From positions 38,008,001 to 38,072,000 of the forward strand of contig CM059432.1 of assembly GCA_030390025.1 (NCBI GenBank): DNA of 64,000 bases, written 5' to 3'. The position numbers and the translations under genes are program-made. A model generated the notes under the pieces. It did no database searches and was not told the origin of the DNA. It worked only from the letters and a program-made list of their open reading frames with translations. The number at the start of each line of letters is the position of its first letter. Position 1 is the first letter of the stretch. This document shows, piece by piece, positions 1 through 12,017 of this stretch. The stretch comes from Squalus acanthias. Taxonomy: Eukaryota.

Positions 1-1679
1 GGAGAGTGATGGGAGAGAGCCCTGTGAAGATCGCTGATCTTTTCACAGCCCAATGCGTGGCTAAAAGATGCCTTTCGCAGTTGGAAAACTCCTTTCCACA
101 TCCGTTAACACCCTGGATGAATAAACAACCGGCCTCAGCCTGCCGTGACGCTCTTGGAGCAGCACGGCGCTCAAGCTATCTCTGCTGGCGGCTACCTCCA
201 GGAAAAACTCCTTCCCCCCAACTATGGCCCCTAAAGCTGACGCGGTCTGCAGATCCCTTTTTAACTTCTCGAATGCTGCCTGACAACCCTCGTCCCAAGA
301 CCACTCCACTCCCTTATGGAGGAGTCGGAGCAGTGGAGCTGCTGTGGCCGCATAGTCTTCGATGAAGTCTCTGCAGTACCCGGTCAGTCCCAGAAAGGAC
401 CTCACACCCGTTATGGTGTTGGGAATCAGTAACTCCTGCACTGACTCCCTCCTAGCCTTATCTATGGCTCTTTCCCCAGCGCGAATGGTCAACCCCAGGA
501 ATTTTACTTCCTGCTGACCGATCCGTGCTTTCTTAGGGTTCACTTTAAAACCCTTTCTCGCTAGCAGCTCCAATAACTCGGCCAGCAGTGGTCCATGCTC
601 CTCCCTTGAATCTGTGAACGGGAGCAAATCATCCACGTACTGCACTATCTGATTGGGCTGACTAAACTCCTTTAAACTTCCTGCCATACACTGATGGAAA
701 ATACTGGGGCCGTTGTGGAAACCCTGTGGCAAACAGTTCCATGTGTACTGTTGTCCTTTGAAAGTAAAGGCAAACTTGTACTGGTCCTCTCGCCGCAGCG
801 GGATGGACCAAAAACCGTTCGAGATATCCAGCACCGTGAACGTGGTCGCGGACGCTGGGATACCCCCTATTAGGTCAGCAACTGCTGCTACTGTGGGCGC
901 GCAGGCGGGGATGTTACTGTTAAGGACTCTGTAGTTCACCGTGGCCCTCCACGAATTATCCGGCTTCCTTACCGGCCATAATGGGGAGTTCACGTGTGTG
1001 GCTATCGGCCTCAACATGCCCTGCTGCACCAATGAGGACATTGCTGTCTCCATGTCGGGTTCTGCTTCTTTGGGGAAGTTATACTGCTTTTGGAGCCGGG
1101 TCATGGGGTCCCCGTCTACGCTGACCTCAAACCCGGTAACCCTTCCACAATCGTGCTTGTGGGTTGCAAACGCGTGCATATTATCTGACACGTACGTTTG
1201 CATGTCTGTTGGGACATCCGCGACCATAAGCCCAAGGTCGTAACCTCCGGATGGCTTCATGGTACACAGGGCCCCTTTTCCTTCTTTCCCTGGGATTACA
1301 ACTACCTTGCCTTTCCCACCCTTGGCTCCCCAGAGACAGTGATTCCTAAGGTCCACGAGGATCCCGTGTTCCGCTAGGAGATCCGATCCGAGGATACCTT
1401 TGCCACCCCCCTCTTGCCATTTCATCAGGATGCACTTCCATGTGGTGTGGAGTGCTCCTAAATGAATGGAGAGCGGAATGGAGAATGCGCCAGCCTGCTC
1501 TTTTCCTGTGAACCCTGCTAATGTGAATGGGACCTTGATAGACAGTGGTGAGTCAAAGGGGCTATCTGTATGAATCACGGTGCATGAAGCTCCCGTGTCC
1601 AACAAGTAACTACCCTTCTGCTTCTCTACCTCCATCTCCAGCTGAGCGGACACAGGTAGACGGGCTGCGCGGGCTTTAG
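1..1679 (-). pseudogene. pol: pol of provirus A (protease, RT, tether RNase H; truncated by the window)
   Basis: Motifs LLDTGA, ILGSD, LPQGF and YVDD are present. Relative to provirus B there is a 25-nt deletion just after the gag stop and a 1-nt deletion near position 85. Confidence 0.92.
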
Positions 1680-3494
1680 TCATTGGGTACTGGTGGGCGG
1701 GGTTGTGGCATCTGTGGGGCTGGTAACGACTGCCACTCTCCCGTGCAAAATCATAAGAGACCGCATGGCTCCTAACATTGATTCTATCGCATCGGGATGG
1801 ATAGGCACACCAGCTCCTTTCTCAGAGACAGGCGTTTGGGCTCGAACTGCGGGAGCTTTTTCCCTGGAGTCCTTCCAGGGATTCCTACAGTTTTTACGCC
1901 AGTGACCTGTCTTCCCGCACCCGTAACAAACACTACTGGTTTGTGGGGCGCGATTACCCTCCTGATGCCACTCTTTCTGAGCTGGAGCTGCGGGCTTTGC
2001 TTCATGCACCTTTCCCTTAAGGGGACGCGCTCCTGTGCTTCTAGTGTTCCGATACCCTATGGTGAGGTGACTCAGGACAGACTCCTCCGTTGTCTCGGGG
2101 TTGGTGGGATCAAACCATGCTCTGGCCTGCTCCATGACGGCTGGCAAGCTGTTGGCTACTATGCACCTGAGCCAATGAGCTTTCCCAGCACCGTCCAGGT
2201 AGCGGCGCTCTGGCGCACCTGGGCAGCTACGCTGGTATACTGGCCACAGTCTTTCGGCGAAAACCCGTGGGGGTTCTCCCTCCATCTGCACGGTCTGACC
2301 CAGTCTGATGAACGGACCTTCGTCATCCGCCCCTAACACTTCTAGGACCTCGTCCCGTAAATCCCCATAGCCCTTAGCTCCCCTCTTGCTCTCGTTGGAG
2401 AGACACTGAAGGATTGAGCTATCTAAAGAGAACAGCAACATCTTGGTCTTTTCCTCGTTGTCGCAGCCATTAATCGCTGCGGTCTGTTCTACTTCTCTAA
2501 AATGCACGGAAGGGTCTCCTGACTCGGACAGCTTCCGGACATGGCTGATCATTGCCCTCAGCTGGTGTGAGCTGTGGGGCACTACAAGTTGGTTCAGGAT
2601 GTCCCCGTCTTCCCCATTGTTCCCATTCGGGCCTCTCTTATGACCTCGGACCGGACACATCGGTCCCGGTCTCGACACTACCTCCGGGGATTGTCCTACC
2701 TTGGGAACCTTCTTCTCTATTTCCCCCACTTCCTCCCTTACCCAGGTTTCCGTATAGCTGGGTGGCGCGGAGGGCTTGGTGGTTGATACCACATCTGCTT
2801 TTCCCGGTAGGGATTTTGGGAATTCCCTACCTACCTGTGGCTGGCTCGCTGACGGGCTGATGAGACACACCATGCCGTTTGCCTTATTCAGGGCCTCTCT
2901 TAGGTTCTCTATCTCCTTCTGGCAAACACTGTGGTCGGCTCCCTCATGCCTATCCTCGAGAGCCATCTTGTATGCCGCCCTAACTCCCCTCAAACTTTCT
3001 TCCTGGGCCTTTATCTGGTTAGCTAGGCGGATACACCGTTCTTTAATCCTTCCCTCACTTAATTTTGCTTCCGTGACCTGACATTCTAAGTAATCGATCC
3101 TAGCCTCGTGGTGGTTGGCTACTATTTGGCGTTCCTGATGCAACGCATTCAGTGATGCAATCAGTCTCTGTCCTCCCGTAACCTTTTCCTCCATCTCTGT
3201 TTCTAATTCTCTGATCTGTGCTGCAATGACCTAGTCCAAAAGTTGGACTTGCTTCTTGTAGCACATCAGCCAGACCGCTTTCTCTACCGACTTCTTCTGA
3301 TCTTTGCTACCTGTCCATCTGATGGCGGCGTCTAGCAGACGCCTATCCGTCAGTAGGTCACATATCCACTGTTTGGTCAGGTTTACTTTCCCAAACACAT
3401 AGTCGGCTACCTTTTCGTCCATTACATTTCGTCTATTCAAACCTGGGTCTAAGACATTACTCTCTTGCTGCCAGGGTCCTGCCGCGGTCACCAT
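1680..3494 (-). pseudogene. gag: gag of provirus A with one in-frame TAG
   Basis: ORFs 3494-3231 and 3194-1680 are in the same frame, split by a TAG where provirus B has CAG. A CCHC knuckle CYGCGKTGHWRKNC is present. Confidence 0.9.
3476..3493 (-). promoter_or_regulatory. Primer-binding site (tRNA-Arg type) of provirus A
   Basis: TGGTGACCGCGGCAGGAC lies 5 nt after the LTR end and has one mismatch to the provirus B PBS. Confidence 0.8.
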
Positions 3495-3498
3495 TTTC

Positions 3499-5080
3499 TG
3501 TAAGGGGTCAACGGTACTGGTGCGAGGTGAGTCCTTCGTTGCCTATACTATTGCTTGCTCTGGTCTCCGGCCAGACTTTTGCAATAAGCACCTGTGAGTG
3601 GTTTGACCCACTCGCCCTTACGGTTCTGACACCTGGACTTAGATGCAAGGAGCAGTAATGCAGAGAAAAGACTCAAATAGACCCGGTCGAATAGCACAAA
3701 ATGAATATCTTTATTGCATGGCGTCTAAAATCATGAAATACATGTCATAGGCACAGAGCAAAGAGAGTACAAGTACACACACGTTCATAAAACTTGGTCT
3801 ATGGAAATGGGGAACACACGACACATCGTAAAAGGGGGAACACATTATACATTAACATTAGAAACCACCCTCCCTTAATATACCTAAACTACGTCTGGAT
3901 TTGTAGGATCGGAAAACATGCTCACCACTCGGCTCACTTCGGAAATTTAAAGTGAGGCACTCAGCTCGTTTCGCTGCAGCGCTTGACTGTCACGTGTTTG
4001 GAAGGGTTTCTGCACCCCACTTGTTTACTCTCGCTGCCGCGAAAGGTAAGCCAGATTCCCTGATGTCATGAAGTGGTCGATGGATTCAGACCGGATCGTG
4101 CAGTAATCTGTAGAATTCAAAGGAAACGGTTCATGTAGTAGTCGGTAGAATTCAAGATGGATTCTGTCGTTATATCTTCGGGCGCGGTCGGGGTTTATTG
4201 ACCGTGGCGGCACGTGGAATTTCTTCTCGTCTTTCTTCTCGTCACTCGGGCCTCTGGGTCCGGACACCGTTTACCGCGCTCTGGATGGTGTACCCTGTTA
4301 CTTGCCCTGTCGAGGCGGCTCGTTCCGATTGAGCTCCACCCAACACTCGAATAACCGACCAGCACGGCTAAGAGTCAAGAGAGTCCAGCAAGAGCTTCAG
4401 GAAGAGAGGGTTCAGCCAGAGTCAAGAGAGTCAAGAGACCGATGGACATTTGTCCTCTATAGTTATACTGTTATGTCGGCCTTATCTCCCGCTCAAATCT
4501 AAATGTTATCCTTTGTGATTTTGGCGCTCAAAACTCCCAGCATGGGGCGATTATCTTCTCAACGGGTTTCGGTAGCACCTGAAACTGGCCAACTATCCGT
4601 TAATACCTTCTCCATTGTTGAGCCAGCCAGGATGTGTATGAATCGTCTCCTCGACTGGTTTTGGGGCCCCCCCGAATACTGGCTTAATCACCCGCCAATG
4701 TCTCTCTCATTGTTGAGCCGGGGGGGTATTTGTGTATTGATGTGTCTAGATGGGTTCTCGATGGCCCAGTTCAATGATCCTTACTGTGCGTAGGAAACGA
4801 TTCCAGCACTTATATCATTGCTATTGTTCAAGATGCGAACGGGTTGCATCCTGTCTTTACAATGTGTACCGAGTATGATACGATCTCATACTGAATGTGT
4901 ATTCGACGCCATCTTGTCTGCCCACTGTGTCTCTGGAAGCTTCTGCCATGATGCGCGGTGGCCATTTTACAGGCTTCTGTGTCCTTTATGATCAGGACAG
5001 CATTTCGTTTAATAAAAATGATCAATTGAATCTGCTGCTTCTCATGTTATTTTGAATCGCGATAATTGCGAAACTCTACA
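3499..5080 (-). repeat. 5' LTR of provirus A (about 1582 bp)
   Basis: It starts TGTAGAGTTTCGCAATTATCGCG, similar to the provirus B start TGTAGAATTCGCAATATATCGCG, and ends CCCTTACA followed by GAAAA and the PBS. It shares AATAAA, TATA-like and U5 blocks with the provirus B LTR. Confidence 0.88.
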
Positions 5081-5084
5081 GTAC

Positions 5085-6550
5085 CGGTTGGTCACTTTTA
5101 TCCCTCCCCCTGAGTTTGTCACCATGATACAGAAGAAGCTTGTTGACTTCTTCTGAGACAAAAGGAAGCACTGGGTCTCTGCCGACTTCTGAGTCTCCCG
5201 CTTCGGGAGGGCGGTCAGGCACTGGTGTGCCTTCGCACCCAGGCTGCGACTTTCCATCTTCAGACCCTGCAGAGATACCTGTACGTCGAGGATCCTCCCA
5301 GATGGCGTGCGCTGGTGATGTATTTCTTCTGCCAACTGCACGGTCTCAATTACGACACGCAGCTCCTGTTTATAAAATTGGGGTATAGCTGTGCCTCCTT
5401 GCAGGAGCTGCCTGTCTTCTACCAGGAGCTGATCAGGATCTGGAACAGGAGTGGTGGCTATCCTCCAGGAGCCACTGCTCAGAATTCCACACCTCCACGA
5501 CCCAGGTTTCAGGCGGAGGGGATGGCCCTGGAGGCAAGGTGACCAGAGTCGGGGACATACTGGATGGTGGAGGAGTGGGCTGGATGTCACCAGAGGAGCT
5601 GGCACAGCGCATGTTCTGGCACGGTATCCGGTTCGCGGCCAAAGCCATCGAGACGCTAAAAGAGGCACTCGGCCCTAACTCCACTAGTTGTGTTAAGGAG
5701 GCTCAAGCATGCGAGTGATCCCATCCAAACTGACCCCTGTTCGGGCGGAATTTCTCATCGGAGCCAGGCCCCGAAACATTCCTCGGGAGTCGGCACCTCA
5801 CAGCTTGAGCCGTCTCTCGGAGATGCTTTCCGTGCCTTTCCAGTCTGCATGGAGGAGCTTCCTGTACGGGCTGCTCTTGCACACTCTCCACTTTGTCTTC
5901 CTGGTCTGCCGTCCGGATACCATCTTGCCATCCGGAGTAGGCGAGGGTCCCCAGTGAAGGGCTCTCTACGCGGGAGTCCCCCCCTTTTCTACTGGGGACT
6001 TGGCGTGGGGGATGTTGCATGGAGCAGCACCATGCAACAAATCTTTAAGTTCACGGACTCGCAGGCTGCCTGCAATTTCAGTGGCCTGAAGTAGTCAATG
6101 TTCAATGTATAGAGAGTGTGAGAGGTTACAGCCCCTCTTCCAATCTTTGAAGGGGCTGCTCCTCAATTTTTGGCTGCACTTCAGTTGCACGCTCCTGATC
6201 TTTGGTCACCCGGTGCGGAGGGGAGTGGGCAGATCGGAGGACCTCCTTGTTGGGCTGCTCCTGGGCCTGGCCAAGGTGGCCATTAACAGGTCCAGGCAGT
6301 GGGCGGTTGAGGGGATCGTTCGGCCCAACTGCCTGGCTCTCTACTGTGGCTATGTTCATGCCCGGGTATCCCTGGAGATGGAGCATGTGGTGTTCGTTTG
6401 AGGCCTTCCGCGACCGGTGGGCATCTGAGGGACTGGAGTGCTTCATCACCCCCAGAAACACAATTCTGATTTGATTTGCCCAGTTTCATTTAAACTCGGT
6501 TTAATTTACGGTTTATTGGTTGTGCCCCTTTAAAAGCGGGCACTTGCTTC
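5085..6550 (+). mobile_element. Degenerate 3' part of an L1/Tx1-clade LINE ORF2
   Basis: Frameshifted segments such as LVCLRTQAATFHLQTLQRYL and ECERLQPLFQSLKGLLLNFWLHFS...LLLGLAKVAI resemble the post-RT/zinc-finger region of Tx1-type ORF2. A T-rich tail follows. Confidence 0.7.
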
Positions 6551-7549
6551 CTTTTTCATTGGTGATGGCACCAGCCATCAATCACTGAAATTAATGTATA
6601 AAAGATGTAAGCAAGTAAAGCTCGAGTACTCTGTCCTTCACCACCTGGCCATCTGACGTTTTACACCGAGTACTGCATTGGCACCCATGTTCCTTAGATT
6701 TCTGCTTCAGGTCAAAAAAACCTCGAAATTTTCTTCATGCTTTTGAAAACTTGGATTTTGTCCCTGTTAGCCTGTTTCTTATTTAACAATGAGTTCAGAG
6801 ATTGCTCCCATCTCATTGTGAAAATCAGTGTTGCTGTTGATGTGAACCAATCTCTCTCAGGGGCTTGATCTGAGACTTGCTCTCATTTCTTTTTGCTTCT
6901 TCCTAAATCTGTATGGTTGGGGTATCCTGCTTCTATGCTCACCAGCTCATGATTTTACTCTCATTTAAAGTGAACGGGCAGAAGATCAGAGGCTGGTGAG
7001 CACAGAAGTGGACAACCCTGGCCTATGCCTTCTATACGTACAGTGACCTCAACTAAGCACCCTTAAGATTCTACTTTTCTTGGCAATAGCTGCCTATGTT
7101 TTGATACTTTCAACATTCAATCAACTAGTGCAGTCAACATCTTTTTTCCAGCTGAACCTTATTTACTATATACACTTCCTAGCATAATATTTGTTACTTT
7201 TAACCCTGATATGCACTCCTTCAAACATTTTGATTTCGAAATCTATTTCCCATCATAGTTGTTAAAATGAGATCTTTCAGAATGGCAGCTCTCTAGCATC
7301 TACACAACTTTGAGATTCTACATCGAATACATCTGTTGATCATTAACATAGGAACGGCAAGATTTTCAAGAACAGTCCTGGGGGAGGGGCTCAGAGGTTA
7401 TTGATGCCCATTCATTGCATTTGTGACTTTTTTAACAAACCTTGCACATGCTCAGATGTTCCAGTGTTGTTGTGGTTGCTACAAATCCGCCCCCAAATAT
7501 AAATAAGACAAATTCAGAGCACCAGCAGCATCATGTAACTGCTTCAACT

Positions 7550-7913
7550 GTCAGAGTCATAACGGCACAGAAGGAGGCCATTCAGCCCATCGAGTCCGTG
7601 CCAGCTCTCTGTAGAACAATCCAGGCAGTCCCATTCCCCCCTTTATCCCCATAGCCCGGCAAGTTTATTTCCTTCAAGTGCCTATCCAGTCTCCCCTTGA
7701 AAACATTGAGTGTCTCCTGCTTCCACCACTTCCGTCAGCAGCGAATTCCAGGTCCTCACTACTCGCTGCGTAAAAAAGTTTTTCCTCACGTCCCCCTTGT
7801 ATCTCTTACCCAAAACCTTAAATCTGTGTCCCCTAGTCCTTGTACCATCAACTAGTGGGAACAGCCTTTCCCCGTCTAGCCTATCCAAACCCGTCATAAT
7901 CTTGTACACCTCT
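7550..7913 (-). mobile_element. CR1 LINE 3' fragment
   Basis: YKIMTGLDRLDGERLFPL...TRGHRFKV...KNFFTQRVVRTWNSL is the typical CR1 ORF2 C-terminus, followed by a 3' UTR. Confidence 0.88.
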
Positions 7914-9009
7914 GGTAGAGTTTCTGGTAGTTTCTATAACACAAATGGTTATAAAGTTGCCAACAATAGTTTTTGAAACATTTTCTGACTTGTTATGCAT
8001 GGGTTCTTGCAGTTACGCTATCGGTGATTATTCCCACAAAGAATCTCTCCTTTTTAACTTCAGTTCAAAAGTCCGTAACGCTCCTGGAATAAATTTCATC
8101 CATGAAGTCCAGGAATTTTACACCTCAGGATCTAAAAATATCTGCGAGCGGATGTGTACAAGTTGCGGAAGTGTAAAAGGTACAGTTTTGTACCAGGAGG
8201 GATTCTGGGATAACGGGGCTCGCTGTCACCATCATGAACATCACACGGCTTATTGCATGTTCGAAAGGTTAAATCCCTTTGTGCCCATGGGTTCAATTTG
8301 CAATTATTGCAATTGTACATGTCTCTAAAGTAGCATTTAGAAGCCGAATAAAGGGGAGAAACAGTAAAAGTTTTTAGGAGGGATACGACTGATCAATTTT
8401 TGAAGGCCATGCAGAGCAATTTACGACCGGTGATCTGCAGTTCTAATTTCAAACAACAGATGGCAGAAGAATGCTATCCTCTCAAGTTAGAGCTTTTCAA
8501 TTGTATGTTCAGAACAAGTACTATTGTGTCTGGGCTGATACGAGGGTTGTCAACCCTCCTGGATTGTCATAGGAACAGGAGTAGGCCAATCAGCCCCTCG
8601 AGCCTGATCTGCCATTCAATTAGATTGTGGCTGATCTGTCCCTCAAAATTTACCCACCTTTGCTCCATATCCCTTGATAACCTTACCTCATAGAAATTTG
8701 TCAATCTCAGAGTCTCCCAGAATTTGCTGATCGATCTCCTGGGCACCACTACTGGTAACCTGGGAGAAAAATATTTTGTACGCGCGGTTCGCGCATTGGC
8801 CACCTCCGTGAGTGAAAGCCTTCCGTTAACTAGTGGGTAAAATGGCGAGATATCCTTGGTGTCAGCTGTAAAACTGGAAACACTAATTATCCTCAAATTA
8901 GTAATTTTAAACTTAATTTTCAACTTTGAAATTTAAGATTTTTTGTTTTGATTTTGACTCCCCTCCATGTAGCTGCTCCCTCACTGGCTCTGAATTGCCA
9001 CTGTCGTCT

Positions 9010-9138
9010 TCTCTCCCCTCTAAGGAGAACAATCCCAGCTTCTCTAGTCTCTCCATATAATGGAAGTCTCTCATCTCTGGTACAATTCTAGCCAATCTCC
9101 TCTGCACACTCTGCAAGGTTTTGACATCCTTCCTAAAA
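9010..9138 (-). mobile_element. Older CR1 fragment, left half; continues at about 33961-34040
   Basis: It encodes RKDVKTLQSVQRRLARIVPEMRDFHYMERLEKLGLFSLE. The expected upstream sequence YKSLVRPQLEYCVQFW is found at about 33961-34040. Confidence 0.65.
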
Positions 9139-10554
9139 CATAAGAACATAAGAATATAGGAAATAAGAGCAGGAGTAGGCCATACGGCCCCTCGAGCCTG
9201 CTCCGCCATTCAGTGAGATCATGGCTGATCATCGACCTCAACTCCACTTTCCCACCCGATCTCCATATCCCTTGATTCCCCTCGAGTACAAAAATCTATC
9301 TATCTCAGCCTTGAATATCCTCAAAGACTCAGCATCCACAGCCCTCTGGGGCAGAGAATTCCAAAGATTCACAACACTCTGAGTGAAGAAATTCCTCCTC
9401 ATCTCAGTCTTAAATGGCCTACCCCTTATCCTGAGACTATGCCCCCTAGTTCCAGACACTCCAGTCAGGGGAAACAACCTCTCAGCATCTACCCTGTCAA
9501 TCCCCTTCAGAATCTTGTATGTTTCAATGAGATCACCTCTCATTCTTCTAAACTCCAGAGTATAGGCCCAATCTACTCAATCTCTCATCATTGGACAGCC
9601 CTCCCATCCCAGGAATCAATCTAGTGAACCTTTGTTTCACCGGCTCCAAGGCAAGTATATCCTTCCTTAGATAAGGAGACCAAAACTGTGCACAGTACTC
9701 CAGGTGTGGTCTCACCAAGGCCCTGTGAAATTGTAGCAAGACTTCCTTACTCTTATACTCCAACCCCCTTGCAATGAAGGCCAACATGCCATTTGCCTTC
9801 CTTATTGCTTGCTGTACCTGCATGCTAGCTTTCTGTATTACTTACACAAGGACACCCAAATCTCTCTGAACAATAACATTGAAAGTTTCTCACCATTTAA
9901 AAAATATTCTGTTTTTCTATTCTTCCTGCCAAAGTGAATAACCTCACATTTCCCTACATTATACTCCATCTGCCACCTTACTGCCCACTCACTTAGTCTA
10001 TCTATATCCCTTTGCAGACTCTTTGGGCTGGATTTTGAATGACCCGTGGAGTCGGGTTTGGAGGCGTGTAGGGGGTTAAAGTAGCAGATTCGGGGGTCCC
10101 GACCCCATCCCGACTCCAACATGCCTCCACGGCAATTTTGACAAATCGGTCGCGGGGTTCCCGACTCCGTCCCGCCTCCAAGAGGCGGGAGAGGCCATTA
10201 AAGCCCTTAACAATCCCTAAAGTGGCTCAGTAATGCCATTTTGAAGCTTTTTAGGTAGTTTAACCCTTTTCCCACGTGAAGCACGCCTGATCTGAAACAC
10301 TCCAGTGAAACCTGGCGGGAGCACAAGTGGATTGCTGACTCTCAGCTGCAGCTCAACCTTTAAATAGGAGATTTGATCAGCCATCAATTGCAGGTGGCAG
10401 GACTTTGTTGTCACAGGTCTGGGGGAACTTTTACAAGGCATAACCACAGCTCTGGAAGTTTGGAGCCTGACACCCATCTGCAGTGTGACCTCCTGAGAAC
10501 CCCCTCTCGCCACCCTCATTGAGGGCTTCCTCAACTGAGGCATATACCAGAGGC

Positions 10555-11790
10555 ATGGGAGCCATTTATTTCTTTCCCTCCTGGGTATCCGATGAGGACG
10601 AACAACAGCCGCGGCACCAGCAGAACCATGAACAACAGCAGCACCAACAGCAGCAGCAACAGCAGGAGCGCCAAGCTGCTGCTCACCCACCTGAAGCTGC
10701 ACAAGACAGAAGGGGCCAGCGCATGGAAGGCCGTCGGCGCAGGAGATAACCCCCAAACAGGGTCTACAGACAGAGGGTCAGCTACCTCAACATGTCTGAG
10801 CAGCAGTGCCAAAGGCGGCTCCGACTTTCGCGAGAGGTAGTGGGTGACATCTGCGCAATGCTGCAACAAGACCTGGAGCCCAGAGGACCAGGTGGACGCC
10901 CATAACCAGTGGCCGCCAAAGTCACCACCGCACTCAACTTTTTTGCCTCAGGCTCATTCCAGGGATCAGCAGCAGACATCAGCAGCATCTCCCAGGCGGC
11001 TGCACACACCTGCATCACGCAAGTAACCGATGCCCTCTTTGCCATCGCGCACAATCACATCCATTTCACCAAGGATCGAGCAAGTGTCATGGCGCGTGCG
11101 GTTGGATTAGCTAATCTGGCAGGCTTGCCAAGGGTGCAGGGCGTCGTTGACTACACACATATGGCCCTTAAGGCACCCCATCGCAATCCAGGTATTTTTG
11201 TCAACCGCAAGGGCTTCCACTCCCTCAACGTTCAGCTGGTGTGTGACCACAAGAAGGAAGTTCTGCATGTTTGTGCCAAGTACCCTGGCAGTTGCCATGA
11301 CTCCTTCATACTTCGCCAGTCTAGTGTGCCTCCGCTATTCAGTCCGCCAGACCAACTTCACGGATGGCTACTTGGAGACAAGGGCTATCCCCTGAAGACG
11401 TGGCTAATGACGCCATTGAGGAGCCCATCCAACGCAGCTGAGGAGAGCTACAACTCCAGCCACATTTCCACCAGATCCATAATCGAGCAAACCATCGGTA
11501 TGCTGAAGATGCGCTTCAGATGCCTGGATAGATCAGGTGGAGCCCTGCAATACTCAGCAGCTAGGGTCTCCAGAATCGTCGTGGTTTGCTGTGCACTTCA
11601 CAACATGGCACAGCGTCATGGCTTACAGATGCCGGAGGACCAAGTGGCTCCTCACATAGCCTCCTCAAATGAGGAGGAGGAGAGAGAGAACGAACAACTT
11701 GCAGAGGCCCCTCAACCAGCGGCAGCATTACACGAGACCATAGCTGCCCGGAATGCAAGGAACGCGCTCATCTTGGCCAGATTTGCTTAG
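10555..11790 (+). pseudogene. HARBI1-like Harbinger transposase with two in-frame TAA stops
   Basis: Motifs [50 protein letters not shown] and [16 protein letters not shown] are present. Stops occur at 10747 and 10903, and there is an N-terminal poly-Q tract. Confidence 0.9.
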
Positions 11791-12017
11791 CCTAGACAAG
11801 AAAGCACTTTTGCCTCGCAGCTTCTTACCAGAGCTACGACAATGGGGCCAGACCCAGCGGATCCCTAACAATGTGACCACCATACTGACAATTGCAAGTT
11901 ATCCTAAGGCCTCATTGTGGAAGTCCCATTAGTGAAATGACAGACGCCACAACTGCAGCTGTAGCCATCAGAGTTTTTATTTAAACTTTACACCTGATGG
12001 CTTTTTCACAATACACA

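Larger units (their letters stand above)
1..5080 (-). mobile_element. Provirus A: degraded lokiretrovirus-like LTR element (5' LTR-PBS-gag-pol), running off the left window edge
   Basis: The minus strand shows a TGTA...TACA LTR, a PBS, gag and pol, all colinear and homologous with the complete provirus at 18491-31314. Confidence 0.92.

Noticed and set aside
10909..11790. Domesticated host HARBI1 gene
   Set aside because: It lies within TIRs and a TSD beside a Myb partner and has in-frame stops. It is a transposon copy.
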